From Bacteroidota bacterium (GTDB taxonomy: Bacteria; Bacteroidota; Bacteroidia; AKYH767-A; OLB10), in assembly GCA_031366005.1 (NCBI GenBank), contig JANLZB010000029.1, forward strand, positions 24,393 through 88,392: DNA of 64,000 nt, in the 5' to 3' direction. Shown one piece after another: positions 8,404 to 19,699 of the stretch (positions within the stretch are counted from its first letter, which is position 1; every line of letters starts with the position of its first letter). Under the pieces are notes generated by a model. That model saw only the letters and a list, made by a program, of their open reading frames with translations, was not told where the DNA came from and did not search any database. The translations under genes and the position numbers were made by a program.

Positions 8404-10065
8404 ATGACCACAGAAAAAGGACCAAACTTCTTAGAAGAAATAATTGCTGAAGACATTAAAAATAAAAAACATGATGGACGTGTGTTAACGCGTTTTCCTC
8501 CGGAGCCAAACGGTTACCTTCACATGGGTCATGCAACTTCTATTTGTTTAAACTTCGGGCTTGCAAAACAATTCGGAGGAAAAACAAATCTTCGTTTTGA
8601 CGATACCAATCCTGAGACAGAAGAAACAGAATATGTAGAAGGCATTAAAGAAGATATTCGTTGGTTAGGTTTTGAATGGGCAAACGAATATTATGCTTCC
8701 GATTATTTTGAAAAGCTTTATGAGTTTGCTGTAACGCTGATCAAAAAAAATTTGGCTTATGTAGATGATTCTTCAGCAGAAGAAATTGCTGCTACCAAAG
8801 GAACACCGACTGAATCCGGTAAGGAAAGTGTTTATCGCAACAGAAGTGTGGAGGAAAATCTTGATCTGTTTTCACGCATGCGCAACGGAGAATTTAAAGA
8901 TGGAGAAAAAGTGTTGCGTGCAAAAATTGATATGGCTTCTCCTAATATGATGTTGCGTGATCCGCTTATGTATCGCATCAAACATGCTGCACATCATCGC
9001 ACCGGAAACAAATGGTGCATTTATCCGCTCTATGATTTTGCGCACGGACAAAGCGATTCCATTGAACAGATAACGCATTCTATTTGCACATTAGAATTTG
9101 AAGTTCATCGTCCGTTATATGATTGGTTTATTGAGAAGCTGGAAATTTATCCGAGTCATCAGTATGAATTTGCAAGACGTAATCTTTCTTACACCGTGAT
9201 GAGCAAACGTAAGTTGTTACAACTGGTAAACGAAAAGCACGTGAATGGCTGGGACGATCCTCGTATGCCTACTATCACAGCAATGAGAAGAAGAGGTTAC
9301 ACTCCTGAAAGCATACGTAATTTTTGTGATAAGACAGGAATAGCGCGCAGAGAAAATATTATTGATTTGAGTTTACTTGAGTTTTGTGTACGTGAAGATT
9401 TGAACAAAACTGCATCGCGTGTGATGGTAGTGCTTGACCCAATTAAATTAATCATCACCAATTATCCGAAAGGTCAAACAGAATTATTGCCGACAGAAAA
9501 TAATACCGAAGCAGAAAATGCAGGAACACGCGATTTGAATTTCGGTGCAGAATTATGGATAGATCGCGAAGATTTTATGGATGAACCACCAAAGAAATTT
9601 TTTCGTTTAGGACCGGGTTTGATGGTAAGGTTAAAGAGCGCATACATTGTTCGTTGTGATGAATTTAAAAAAGATGCAGCTGGCAATGTCACAGAAATAC
9701 ATTGCACTTATTTTCCTGAAAGCAAAAGCGGACATGATAAAAGTGGTTTGCAAACAAAAGGTGTGATACACTGGGTAAGTGTTGCACATGCAGTAAATGC
9801 AAAAGTACGTTTATATGAACGCTTATTTAAAGTTGAAAATCCTGCTGCTGAAGAAGGCGATTTTAAAACGTTGTTGAATCCGGATAGTTTGCAAATCATC
9901 ACCAACGCAAAAGCAGAGCAATCATTAAAAGATACAAAACCCGGAGATAAATTTCAGTTTATGCGTAAAGGATATTTCTGTACGGATACTGATTCCACTG
10001 CCGGTAATTTGGTTTTTAACAGAACAGTAACATTGAAAGATGCCTGGGCGAAACAAAATCACTGA
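8404..10065 (+). CDS. glnS: Glutamine--tRNA ligase
   Basis: HIGH motif ([11 protein letters not shown]) and KMSKS-type motif (VMSKR). 553 aa. Confidence 0.93.
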   Translation: MTTEKGPNFLEEIIAEDIKNKKHDGRVLTRFPPEPNGYLHMGHATSICLNFGLAKQFGGKTNLRFDDTNPETEETEYVEGIKEDIRWLGFEWANEYYASDYFEKLYEFAVTLIKKNLAYVDDSSAEEIAATKGTPTESGKESVYRNRSVEENLDLFSRMRNGEFKDGEKVLRAKIDMASPNMMLRDPLMYRIKHAAHHRTGNKWCIYPLYDFAHGQSDSIEQITHSICTLEFEVHRPLYDWFIEKLEIYPSHQYEFARRNLSYTVMSKRKLLQLVNEKHVNGWDDPRMPTITAMRRRGYTPESIRNFCDKTGIARRENIIDLSLLEFCVREDLNKTASRVMVVLDPIKLIITNYPKGQTELLPTENNTEAENAGTRDLNFGAELWIDREDFMDEPPKKFFRLGPGLMVRLKSAYIVRCDEFKKDAAGNVTEIHCTYFPESKSGHDKSGLQTKGVIHWVSVAHAVNAKVRLYERLFKVENPAAEEGDFKTLLNPDSLQIITNAKAEQSLKDTKPGDKFQFMRKGYFCTDTDSTAGNLVFNRTVTLKDAWAKQNH

Positions 10066-10080
10066 ACACTTATCATTGAT

Positions 10081-10228
10081 GTCATTCAGGAGGAAACTTG
10101 TCACGTTTGAAACACGAAGACTGAAAAACCAACGAAGGTTATTTAAAAGCAAGCTGCTGTTTTCTATACAAACATTTCTCGGACTTTATACTAACTACTA
10201 CTATTTGACAGGTTTCCTCCTGAATGAC
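10081..10228. repeat. 22-bp terminal inverted repeats (1 mismatch) enclosing about 105 nt in the glnS-folB spacer
   Basis: gtcattcaggaggaaacttgtc (10081-10102) pairs with gacaggtttcctcctgaatgac (10207-10228). Confidence 0.75.
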
Positions 10229-10254
10229 GACTCCACTAAAAATATTTTTAACCA

Positions 10255-10614
10255 ATGAACAACACAAATCACATCATCCAAATCGAAGGCATTGAATGTT
10301 TTGCTTTTCATGGTTGCATGGAAGAAGAAACAAAAATCGGTGGGCGTTTTTCTGTTGATGTAAGCCTGCATCTTGATTTAACAAAAGCAATTGCAAGTGA
10401 TAACTTAACAGATACTATAGATTACGGTATGATTCATCAAATCGTTCGAGGGCAAATGATAATTCCTTCCAAACTGATTGAACATGTTGCAGGAAGAATT
10501 TTAGAAAAAATAAAATCCGCTTATCCTCAATGCTCACAAGTGATTGTAAAAGTCACAAAGTTTAATCCTCCGGTTAACGGGCATATTGAGAAGGCGAGTG
10601 TGATTCTTCAATAA
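10255..10614 (+). CDS. folB: Dihydroneopterin aldolase
   Basis: 119 aa with FHGCMEEE...GGRFSVDV and a conserved Lys near the C-terminus. This is the typical FolB fold signature. Confidence 0.88.
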   Translation: MNNTNHIIQIEGIECFAFHGCMEEETKIGGRFSVDVSLHLDLTKAIASDNLTDTIDYGMIHQIVRGQMIIPSKLIEHVAGRILEKIKSAYPQCSQVIVKVTKFNPPVNGHIEKASVILQ

Positions 10615-10617
10615 AAA

Positions 10618-10657
10618 ATGATGTTACCAAATAGTAAGTTACCACCTGGTAACATCA
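10618..10657. terminator. Nested hairpin between the convergent folB and M4 protease genes (possible bidirectional terminator)
   Basis: Outer stem atgatgttacc/ggtaacatcat, with an inner stem gttacc-ACCT-ggtaac. The hairpin is flanked by A/T-rich runs. Confidence 0.45.
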
Positions 10658-10679
10658 TAGTTAGTTCAACAAAAATAAT

Positions 10680-12908
10680 TTAATGTGCAATCACAAACTT
10701 GTTTTTGTATGTTTCGTTTTCTGTTGTTGCTATCAGAAAATAAATACCGGGAGATAAATCGCTTGTGGCTATTTTATTTTCAATTCCGCTTTCAGCATTT
10801 AGTGCCCTTACCAATTGCATGGTGCTGTTGTAAATTTTGAAATTAGTTTCTGAATCTGAATTATTTATTTGCACTGTTATGAAATCACTTGCAGGATTGG
10901 GAAATACACTTATCAGAGAAGGGCTTGAAAACGAATTTAAAATTGTTTGTCCTCCACCATTTCTTTCCGCATCACTCATCATATCAGAACCAGTTCGATA
11001 CATTGTGATGGAACATGGTTCGATGTAAGCAATAAAATTACTGCCGTTTAATGCGGTAAATCCAGGTTCTAAGATTACATTTTGACTCGCTGTAAAAGTT
11101 ACTGTTGAAGAACTCGCTGTAATAGTATTGGTACAGGTACTTGCTGCAATCACGTTTTCTATGGCCTGTACAAAGGTTCCATTGGCAGGGTAATTACCAC
11201 AAGTGTATTTTGTATGCAGAAAAAATAATTGATCGCCTACACCTACTGCACGCCATGCTAATCCGGTTTGAATTGCTTCATTTGAGCAACTTCCATATAA
11301 ATCAATAGCTGCATGTATCCAGGCAGCCCGTGCATTAATAAATTGAGATGTGGAATTAAGATAAACTGTTAATGCACGGTAAGCAATATCACGCGCTTTA
11401 AATCTTCCTATTCCGCTTACAGTGTAATTTGTTGCGAAATCATTAGTGCCACTACCACCTTCTGATAAAAGATAGAAACATAAATTTTGTACTCCACTAT
11501 TATTATGGACACCACAATAATCATTTCCGATAACTGGCGTACATCCAGAAGTACTTGTCCAATAAGTTCCCTGATAAGTATCAGGATCATTGTAAGGATT
11601 AGCACTTGGATTAGAGAAACTTCTTATTGCTCCGGTGGCTCGGTTTGCACCCACCAGCCAATCGGCACTACCAGTAGAAAAACTTTCTACCATCTCACCA
11701 AAAATATCGCTGAAAGATTCATTCAAAGCACCGGGTTCCTTTTCATAAATTAAGTTTGCTGATGATTGTGTTACCCCATGTGTAAATTCGTGTCCCACTA
11801 TATCAAGTGTGTTCCAGTCATCATTTGCATTGTTGGTACTACCGGCATAAAAAGCAGGAGCATTTAATGATGGTGACCATGCAGCATTATTCTGTCCGGC
11901 ATTAGCATTGTTGTAAGCAACCATATTTGAATTGGCATTATCCCAACTGTTGCGACCATGAATATTATAATAATAGACTGTAGTGCGCTCTGTACCATAC
12001 ATGCATTGACTTGCAGATTGATCCGTCCAAACATTATCCTGATCCCGATAAATAGTTGTGTTAGGTGCACTGCCTCCGCCACAATTATAAACGTAGAGAA
12101 AAGGAGGTGAACAGTCGTTGATAGAACCATAACCGATTCCAGGAAATAAGGTTGTACTTATAGCTTTGCTCCCATTAAAAGTAGTGTTGGCAGTACCCGT
12201 AAAACAAGTTGGCTCTGTAGTAACACTTAAAATAATTCTTCCAGTAGCAGCATCAACAAAAACTTTTTTCGATGGTACTTCTGTATCATTTGTATAAATA
12301 TCAAAAGCCCATGCAAGATGAAAACTTGAAGCATCAAATAAATTATCAAAGTGGTCAGGAGTTATCACCAATTCGCCTTTTGGATAATAGGTTGCTGTGT
12401 TATCCTTTCGTTCTTTTTTCAACTGCGCTTCAGCCACCTCATTTTGCCACATATATTTTTTTGCATTTACAAATTGAAGTGCAGAAGTTAAGGCCTGCTG
12501 TTCATTTACGCTGTTTTTATTACTAAGACCTAATCCTTTTACTAAAACCCCATTTGCAGATTTCACTTTATCTTCCGCAGATTGATGTACAATGTATTCT
12601 GCATACATCACTTTCAAATTCTTATAATACTGCTGATATCGAAAGTGAGTAAACCCTAAATTATCCGTTTCTGTTTTAGTAATTCTCATCTCATCATCCG
12701 CACTTAAACCAAATTCGCTCTTGTAAGTATCAAAAATGGAAGTGGCATTGATGGGATTATCATCCGTAAAATTAATCCAGCCTTTTAACTCTTCGGATTG
12801 AATATAATCGCTTAACGTTTTTTGACCTTTAGTTTGAGCCATCATTGATGTTATGCAACTGCATATTATCAATGTGATCATTAAACCTTTTTGAATTTTG
12901 TTTTTCAT
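10680..12908 (-). CDS. Secreted M4 (thermolysin-like) zinc metalloprotease with T9SS C-terminal sorting domain
   Basis: Signal peptide, the zinc motif HEFTHGV (HExxH), and GxxNESFSD with the third-ligand Glu. The C-terminal ~80 aa form a beta-sandwich with the T9SS CTD pattern (...SVFPNPASDFITV...KIY...). Confidence 0.85.
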   Translation of the reverse strand: MKNKIQKGLMITLIICSCITSMMAQTKGQKTLSDYIQSEELKGWINFTDDNPINATSIFDTYKSEFGLSADDEMRITKTETDNLGFTHFRYQQYYKNLKVMYAEYIVHQSAEDKVKSANGVLVKGLGLSNKNSVNEQQALTSALQFVNAKKYMWQNEVAEAQLKKERKDNTATYYPKGELVITPDHFDNLFDASSFHLAWAFDIYTNDTEVPSKKVFVDAATGRIILSVTTEPTCFTGTANTTFNGSKAISTTLFPGIGYGSINDCSPPFLYVYNCGGGSAPNTTIYRDQDNVWTDQSASQCMYGTERTTVYYYNIHGRNSWDNANSNMVAYNNANAGQNNAAWSPSLNAPAFYAGSTNNANDDWNTLDIVGHEFTHGVTQSSANLIYEKEPGALNESFSDIFGEMVESFSTGSADWLVGANRATGAIRSFSNPSANPYNDPDTYQGTYWTSTSGCTPVIGNDYCGVHNNSGVQNLCFYLLSEGGSGTNDFATNYTVSGIGRFKARDIAYRALTVYLNSTSQFINARAAWIHAAIDLYGSCSNEAIQTGLAWRAVGVGDQLFFLHTKYTCGNYPANGTFVQAIENVIAASTCTNTITASSSTVTFTASQNVILEPGFTALNGSNFIAYIEPCSITMYRTGSDMMSDAERNGGGQTILNSFSSPSLISVFPNPASDFITVQINNSDSETNFKIYNSTMQLVRALNAESGIENKIATSDLSPGIYFLIATTENETYKNKFVIAH

Positions 12909-12951
12909 ATCAATAGTTTTTTTATGAGTGTTGTTTTCATTTTTATAAAAA

Positions 12952-14124
12952 CTATTTGCTATTCTTCAACTCATTCAATTGCTTTTGTAAATCAATTACG
13001 TAAAGAGTCAACTCTTCTATTTTCTTAATCATCTGTGCAGCTGTTTTTCCCACTTCCAATCCTTCGCCTTCTATTACAGAACCCGGAGTTACATCAGGTA
13101 AATGCTTGTTTGTTTTAATAAATGCTTCAACATCATTCAATGAAGGTAATTTATAATCATCTGCAAAAACATAATCGCACCATCCTGTTGCAACACGTAC
13201 TTCTTTGGCACGCATTGTTCCGCATACATCTAATTTATAAGCTGGATTTGCTGTACCTATTCCTACATTATTTGTTAAGTCAGCAATAATTACATTAGAG
13301 GTAGGTTTGCCACCTCTTATGTAAGTATCCTCATTTGCACCATAGCAAAAATGCGATGCGAAATTTGAAGTAGCTCCCCAAAAACTTGCAGCAGCAGCTG
13401 TTCCGGATTTAAGCTTTACATCCAAAGTGCTCGGACCATTGTAATAATTGATCCCAACATTGCCCACCGAATTTATAAGCAAAGCATTTCCGGACGCTAA
13501 TGCATCACCGGCACCTGCTGCACTATTTGTTGTGACACCAAAACCCATAGTCCCGGTATTTTGATCCAAATAAATCTGCGAACCGTATCCTGAAGACATC
13601 GCCTTCTGTCCACTGTTATAATACATATTGAAATACACACTTGGTGCATCACCAATTATTGAAACTCCAGCACCTGTTGCGGTTCTTCTAAATAATGCAA
13701 TAGTGTTTCCAATAGAACCCTCCACTTGTAATTTTGCTATAGTAGGAGTAAGTGTTCCAATACCGACATTACCTGATTTAAAAATCCCTGTAGCTTTAGC
13801 AAGGAGTATATTTCCTGGAGTTCCGCTGGCAGGTGCATAAGGTAGAATATTTAAATCGTTTCCTGTTTGCTTTATAACTGTAGGATTTACATCGCCAACA
13901 TTTAGATAGCCTGTTTTAAAATTTGCATAACCGTTGGCACCAATAGACATACGAACAATGTTGGCAGTTTTAATTCGTAATTCTTTCGAATCAGATGTTC
14001 CAAGATATTGTGATGCAGTAGTTGCTGCATTTCCTGTCAGGTTCCAGCTTTGGGCTGATGAACTGTTGAATCTGAGTACGGTAGTTATCACTAAGCCGGC
14101 CAGTAGTAATCTCTTTGTTTTCAT
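12952..14124 (-). CDS. Secreted tail-fibre-like protein with a C-terminal coiled-coil (intramolecular-chaperone-like) segment
   Basis: Signal peptide and repeated GN-VGIGT-x-P-x-KL-V-G motifs. The C-terminus (CDYVFADDYKLPSLNDVEAFIKTNKHLPDV ... EELTLYVIDLQKQLNELK) resembles the Bacteroidetes tail-fibre/S74-chaperone-like family. Confidence 0.5.
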   Translation of the reverse strand: MKTKRLLLAGLVITTVLRFNSSSAQSWNLTGNAATTASQYLGTSDSKELRIKTANIVRMSIGANGYANFKTGYLNVGDVNPTVIKQTGNDLNILPYAPASGTPGNILLAKATGIFKSGNVGIGTLTPTIAKLQVEGSIGNTIALFRRTATGAGVSIIGDAPSVYFNMYYNSGQKAMSSGYGSQIYLDQNTGTMGFGVTTNSAAGAGDALASGNALLINSVGNVGINYYNGPSTLDVKLKSGTAAAASFWGATSNFASHFCYGANEDTYIRGGKPTSNVIIADLTNNVGIGTANPAYKLDVCGTMRAKEVRVATGWCDYVFADDYKLPSLNDVEAFIKTNKHLPDVTPGSVIEGEGLEVGKTAAQMIKKIEELTLYVIDLQKQLNELKNSK

Positions 14125-14268
14125 AATAATGGTTTTTATCCGGCTGAACCGGGAGTTAGAATTTATTTTAATTATAAAGCAATGATAGGGATAGGTTAAA
14201 GTTTTAAAACCTACATAAAAAGGGGGGATGAAATTCAGGTTAGTTGGTTTAAATCAAGAAACTTATAC

Positions 14269-16086
14269 TTAACAATACCTCGGCATAGTTAAATTTATTT
14301 GTGTGCCTTTATTTATTTCAGAAAATATTGAAATCTCTCCCTTTATTTCATCAGCACGATGCTGCATATTACTTAATCCTCCACGATGTTTTATCTCCTC
14401 TTCGTTAAAACCTTTTCCGTTGTCTTCAATTTTAAGATGTATGTTTTTCTCATCAAATGTCAATGAGAGGTTTGCTTTGCTTGCTCCTGAATATTTTGAA
14501 AGATTATTTACTGCTTCTTTAAAAATCAAGTACATATTATTTTTTACTTCCATTGAAAGCGTGCAATCCATTTTTTCTCTTGGGAAGTTAAAGGTATAAT
14601 CAATGTTTTTTGCTTCGAGAATTGTTGTTGCATATTCTCTCATGCGGCTCATTACTTCTTCAATTGTATCGTTACCGGGATTAATGTTCCAGATTATGTC
14701 ACTCATGTTATCCAACAAGCGTTGACTGCGTTCATTAATTTTTTCTAACGAGAGTTTTGTTTTTTCATCACCACTTTGTTGAACATTTTTTTGCGCGGTG
14801 CGGCTTAAAATATTAATGCTGCTCAGTGTGCTTCCGATATCATCATGCAAATCGCGTGATAAGCGTGAACGCATTTTTTCCATCTCCACAGTGCGCTTTA
14901 GTTTGTTGCGATTTATTAACACAACGATTAACAGCATCAACAAAATTGAACCGGCAATTAATGAGTTGCGTACTATTTTTTGTTGTTGAAGCTGTTGTTG
15001 GGCGATTAACTCTTTATTTTTATGTTCCTCTTCAATAGCAAAAATGTTTTGAGAAAATGTCAATTCTTCAATTGCACTTAATTTTTGGTTGCTGTACACA
15101 CTATCTCTTATGCTATTATTAAAATTCGAATAATAGTAGGCGCTGTCATACATTTTAAATTTGCTATATATCTCACTAAGAATCTCAGTGATTTCAATAC
15201 TCAATACCCCAAACTGATTTGAAATTTTTTTGTGTTCATTCCAACTTCTTAATGCAACTGATTTAGCAACTTCAATTTTATGTTGTTTTATTAGCAGCCT
15301 GCTGTATTGGTTAAGTGATTCAATAAGATTTATTGCCAGTTGCGCAGAATCGGAAAATGAAATTGCTTTCTCGAAGTAGGCAACAGCCCTATCATAATTC
15401 TCCATTTGAAGATAGATGACACCAAACTGAAATAATATTCTGGAGTATCCCCATGGGTCATCACTTCTAACAACTTCATTGGCTTTCTGATTATAAAATA
15501 GTGCGGAGTCTATCTGGTTAACAAAAAGATACGCTCCGGCTTTATTTGCATATATGGCGCGAGCAAGCCATGAATTTTTCACTGCGGGAATAATAAGAAA
15601 TTGCTGAGCCTTGTTAAGATATTTTAAACCTTCATTAATATTTTTCAATTCATTGTACACAACAGCAATTTGTTCGGATGTTTGACAAATACCGACCTCA
15701 TCACTTATCTTCTCAAATATCTGCAAAGCTTTAAAATGGTACTTCAAAGCAAGTTTAAAATCCGCCTTGTCTTCATACAAGCTTCCAAGAGCAAGGTATG
15801 CAATTGCCATTGACGAATCGGTATTATCTTCAGTAGCAGAACGCACCAATTGTTGAATGGCATACTCTGAACCTGGTCCATTGCCTTTTTGGAAATAAAG
15901 AAATCCTATCTCACCCCATAATTGAACTCGAACAGCAGGGGATTTTTCTTTTGCGACAGCACTCAATAAACTATCAATACTTTGGGCATCTAAATGTTGC
16001 ATGCACAAAAGAAAAAGTAAGAAGGTGAAAAAAACTTTCTTACTTCCCCTTTTATGAAATGCTGTTTTATTTTTTATTTTATACAC
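14269..16086 (-). CDS. Sensor histidine kinase with a periplasmic TPR array (HisKA_3/NarL-partner type)
   Basis: Signal peptide, a ~330-aa TPR-like repeat region, one transmembrane segment (LIAGSILLMLLIVVLI), the HisKA_3 box LHDDIGSTLSS, and an HATPase_c domain with N and G boxes. Confidence 0.85.
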   Translation of the reverse strand: MYKIKNKTAFHKRGSKKVFFTFLLFLLCMQHLDAQSIDSLLSAVAKEKSPAVRVQLWGEIGFLYFQKGNGPGSEYAIQQLVRSATEDNTDSSMAIAYLALGSLYEDKADFKLALKYHFKALQIFEKISDEVGICQTSEQIAVVYNELKNINEGLKYLNKAQQFLIIPAVKNSWLARAIYANKAGAYLFVNQIDSALFYNQKANEVVRSDDPWGYSRILFQFGVIYLQMENYDRAVAYFEKAISFSDSAQLAINLIESLNQYSRLLIKQHKIEVAKSVALRSWNEHKKISNQFGVLSIEITEILSEIYSKFKMYDSAYYYSNFNNSIRDSVYSNQKLSAIEELTFSQNIFAIEEEHKNKELIAQQQLQQQKIVRNSLIAGSILLMLLIVVLINRNKLKRTVEMEKMRSRLSRDLHDDIGSTLSSINILSRTAQKNVQQSGDEKTKLSLEKINERSQRLLDNMSDIIWNINPGNDTIEEVMSRMREYATTILEAKNIDYTFNFPREKMDCTLSMEVKNNMYLIFKEAVNNLSKYSGASKANLSLTFDEKNIHLKIEDNGKGFNEEEIKHRGGLSNMQHRADEIKGEISIFSEINKGTQINLTMPRYC

Positions 16087-16117
16087 GTCTTCATTACTAC
16101 ATGCTTTTTGGCTCAGT

Positions 16118-19100
16118 TTATTTTACCAAACTAATTTTCTTGGTTACCATTCCGTTTACCGTTTGCATTTTTATAAAATATAAACTTTGTTGATAGGCTG
16201 ACATGTCAATAGACTGATGTATCTGTTTTGAACTGTTATTATAAATCATTTTTCCATGCTGATCGAACACTTGCACATTTGTTATGGAATTATCAGGATC
16301 GCTTATATAAATTTTTCCATTCGTTGGATTTGGAAAAACATTGATATTATCCTTTTTATTTTCTGCAATGGAAACTGTGCCATGAATTAAATTAATATCA
16401 TCTAAGTATAATAAGTTGCCATAACCACTATGTGCTTCAAAACGCACTTTGATCTTTTGACCGATGTACGCTGATAAATCAATGTAAGTGGTTACCCACT
16501 CGCTTGCTGCAGGATAATAAGGATTAGTAACAAAATTTAAAACCGTTGTAAGGTCTTGTGCAGACTTAGAAAATAATGTGTCCCAATTACCTCCGCAGTC
16601 ATTGGTTGCTGTTATCATTAAAGTGTCTAAATATTGTGCGCTATACATTGCATAGGCATGCACAAATGATAAGAACGGAGTTGGAGTTGCATTTGTTAAA
16701 TCTATTCTCATAGTGCTTAAAAAATCTGTTCCGCTATTTACATTGTAAAAATTAGCTACTGCAGAGTGAGCAGAAGCATTGTAAGCTCCAATGGTATCTG
16801 CATACCAAAGTGAACCTGTTGAACGCAGCCAATCAACGGGTGGAAATGTTCCGCTTTCAAATCCTTCTGCAAAGGGAAATGCAGCAATAGCGGTGCCCAC
16901 TGTTATATTCTGTGATTTGGAATCGTTTAAAGGATTCATATCTGTTGAACTATTCGGGTTTGAAGTAAAAGTGTTCAAATGATGATTACCTCCATACAAC
17001 GTTATCATAGCAAGTGTGTCTGTAATAAATTGAAACGGAGCTAAGGCACCTGTCCAAATAATGGATTGAATAGTGCCATTGTCAATTGAATAATTAACAG
17101 TTACATTGTAAAGCGTGTCGCTTGCGTAATTTTTGATATTTACTGCGAATGGTGTTGTCAGACTATCACAATAATCTTTAACTACCGGACTTATAATTTT
17201 TGCAATTGCAGCATCATTAGTAACAGGTGTTACAGGCGAAACCAAATCAATACTATAAATTCCACGACCATGCGTTGCAGTGTATAATTTTCCGTTGCGG
17301 TAATTCAAATTCAAATCCGCAATAATTACTCCCGGCAAATTTGTGTTGAATGAAACCCAGTCATTCATTGTATCATTTTTAAAGAATACACCAAAATCAC
17401 AACCGGCATACAAATCATTATTAAAATTATTTTGAGCTATAATGGTATTGAAAGGAACATTTGGCAATGAACCGGATATGTTTGTCCATGTAAGTCCACC
17501 ATCCATTGTTTTATAAATTTTTTCTCCGTTATGAAAACCGGAGAAGGTGACATACACAGTGTTTGAATTATTATCCGCAGTTTTTACATCAGTAATAGAT
17601 ACTGAATCTGCAGGTAAGCCCGGTGTAATAGTACTCCAGTTAACACCATTATCATGTGTAACAAAAATATTTCGATAAGATGCAGCATATAATGTAGAGG
17701 TATCAGCAGGTGATTGAGCAATAGATGTTATCACAAAATTTGTGTCTAATACAGGAGAGATAACTTGCCATGAATCACCTTTGTTTTCAGAAGCATAAAC
17801 ACGATCACCTGCAAAAAATAATTTATTTGTATTAAGAGGATTAGCAAGATGAGGTGCTTCCCAGTCGCCAATAAATCCTGCGGGTGTTATTAAATTGGGA
17901 AAGGTATGCCCTCCATCACTGGAGCGATACAAAAATCCATTTTGAATAGAAGCATACGCTGTGTTTTCATCTCCCTTATCAAAACTGCAATCCAATCCAT
18001 CAGCACCGGTTACAAGGGTCCAGTTTACTCCGTCAAATAAATGATTTGAATTATCCTGTGCTCCTGCTAAAATCAAATCTGGATTTAAGTACGAAGAACT
18101 CATTTTATAATATTGTGTAACATTTAGTCCATGATTAAGTGAAGTCCATGTTTCACCAATATCATGACTAACATACACGCCACCATCATTAATAGCATAT
18201 AAATTATTGGAATTAAATATTGAAAATTCCAGTTCATGAAAATCAACATGTAATCCATTATTATAAGAATCCATAGAATCAATAATGGCAAATGTTGCAC
18301 CTTTATTAATTGATTTAATAAGAGGAACAAGTCCGATTAGCATGACATTGGTATCAACTGGGGATAGAGCCAATGCTTTATCATAATCATACTGATGACC
18401 GAATAATATTCCGAAATTTTTAACGATCGTAAATGATTGTCCGCCATTAGTACTGCGATATAAAAATCCTGTTCCGCGCACTACGTAAATTTTATTGGTA
18501 TCGGCAGCTGAAACACGAACACGTGTAAGTCCGGCTCCGCCAGCAAAACCTACTGCATTGGTAATGGCAAACGTTGCTCCGCCATCATAACTTCTTTCTA
18601 ATTTTCTTCCACTATCAGCAACAGCATAATACTTCGATGCATCAAGGGGATTAATTTGAAGATCATAAATAATTGTAGTATCCATCTGTGTCCATGTGGC
18701 ACCTGCATCTATGGAGCGATACAAACCTTTATCACAGCCAACCATCAAATTATTTGTTATAACAGGATCAATAACCAGGCGATAAATATTTTCCGTTTGC
18801 ATTTGCTGATAGGTAAACCCTGATTGAGTCCATGTAGTGCCACCATCTATTGACATAATAATTCCGCACGAGTAATGCCCCTGATGAAAATCAGGAATTG
18901 ATGCCACATAATAATTTCCAACAGCATCACCCGTTGCTGCATACATGGTGTCAGGATGCACAGGATTAATAGCAATATCACTGATGCTCATACTCGGCAA
19001 ATTTTGATCAAGACAAACCCATGTACCACCTGCGTCTATAGTTTTCCAAATACCACCACCCATTGTTCCGATAAATAAAATGTTGCTGTCGAGCGGATGC

Positions 19101-19522
19101 TGAGCGATGCAATTCATGCGCCCCACTCCTACTTTAAGAATTTGTGAAGCATCGCTTATATCAGTAAAAGGGCCAATTGCTTCCCATGAATTACTGCTCA
19201 CTGTTTTGTTTTGATCATGAATGGAATAATAATTTTTATAGGATTTATAAACTGCATCCGCATCAAAAAAAGTACCGGTTGGTCCAACACGAGGCAACAT
19301 AAAATGTTCCCACCGTTTAAATTTCGCCATTGCGTCATCTTGCTCTCTTTCCTCTTCATTGTAAGAACCTTCTTCTTTTTCCTTTTCAATTTGCCTGCGT
19401 ATTTCATCACGCACTTGAAAGAATGTTTTTGAGGTTTGTGTTGTTTTTGAATTTTGTGCCTGTGTATTGTTTATGGATAACAATAGAAGCATGGTAATAA
19501 AAGGTAAAATTTGGTTTTTCAT
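16118..19522 (-). CDS. Large secreted BNR/Asp-box (sortilin/GH74/Ycf48-like beta-propeller) protein with T9SS C-terminal sorting domain
   Basis: Signal peptide MKNQILPFITMLLLLSINNTQAQ. At least 8 S/T-x-D-G-G-x-T-W/F Asp-box repeats (SIDGGTTW, SIDAGATW, SYDGGATF, STNGGQSF, SSDGGHTF, THDNGVNW, TMDGGLTW, ...). The C-terminal T9SS CTD reads ...NVFPNPTNGKIYI...VNGMVTKKISLVK. Confidence 0.7.
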   Translation of the reverse strand: MKNQILPFITMLLLLSINNTQAQNSKTTQTSKTFFQVRDEIRRQIEKEKEEGSYNEEEREQDDAMAKFKRWEHFMLPRVGPTGTFFDADAVYKSYKNYYSIHDQNKTVSSNSWEAIGPFTDISDASQILKVGVGRMNCIAQHPLDSNILFIGTMGGGIWKTIDAGGTWVCLDQNLPSMSISDIAINPVHPDTMYAATGDAVGNYYVASIPDFHQGHYSCGIIMSIDGGTTWTQSGFTYQQMQTENIYRLVIDPVITNNLMVGCDKGLYRSIDAGATWTQMDTTIIYDLQINPLDASKYYAVADSGRKLERSYDGGATFAITNAVGFAGGAGLTRVRVSAADTNKIYVVRGTGFLYRSTNGGQSFTIVKNFGILFGHQYDYDKALALSPVDTNVMLIGLVPLIKSINKGATFAIIDSMDSYNNGLHVDFHELEFSIFNSNNLYAINDGGVYVSHDIGETWTSLNHGLNVTQYYKMSSSYLNPDLILAGAQDNSNHLFDGVNWTLVTGADGLDCSFDKGDENTAYASIQNGFLYRSSDGGHTFPNLITPAGFIGDWEAPHLANPLNTNKLFFAGDRVYASENKGDSWQVISPVLDTNFVITSIAQSPADTSTLYAASYRNIFVTHDNGVNWSTITPGLPADSVSITDVKTADNNSNTVYVTFSGFHNGEKIYKTMDGGLTWTNISGSLPNVPFNTIIAQNNFNNDLYAGCDFGVFFKNDTMNDWVSFNTNLPGVIIADLNLNYRNGKLYTATHGRGIYSIDLVSPVTPVTNDAAIAKIISPVVKDYCDSLTTPFAVNIKNYASDTLYNVTVNYSIDNGTIQSIIWTGALAPFQFITDTLAMITLYGGNHHLNTFTSNPNSSTDMNPLNDSKSQNITVGTAIAAFPFAEGFESGTFPPVDWLRSTGSLWYADTIGAYNASAHSAVANFYNVNSGTDFLSTMRIDLTNATPTPFLSFVHAYAMYSAQYLDTLMITATNDCGGNWDTLFSKSAQDLTTVLNFVTNPYYPAASEWVTTYIDLSAYIGQKIKVRFEAHSGYGNLLYLDDINLIHGTVSIAENKKDNINVFPNPTNGKIYISDPDNSITNVQVFDQHGKMIYNNSSKQIHQSIDMSAYQQSLYFIKMQTVNGMVTKKISLVK

Positions 19523-19699
19523 ATTCTTGTTTTTTTAGTTAATAATGGTGTTAGATAAGCTTATGGTGCAATATTAATTCAAAATGAAATCTATAATTCT
19601 CCCATAAAAAGGGGAGAAGTTAATAGATTATTAGACTTGATACTGATATTAGAGAGTATATTTTTGAAGTGTACTAATGTAGTTTTTATAAATGGAATG

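Noticed and set aside
10040-10258. 72-aa plus-strand ORF between glnS and folB
   Set aside because: It overlaps the glnS 3' end and is built entirely from the inverted-repeat element. A coding function is unlikely.
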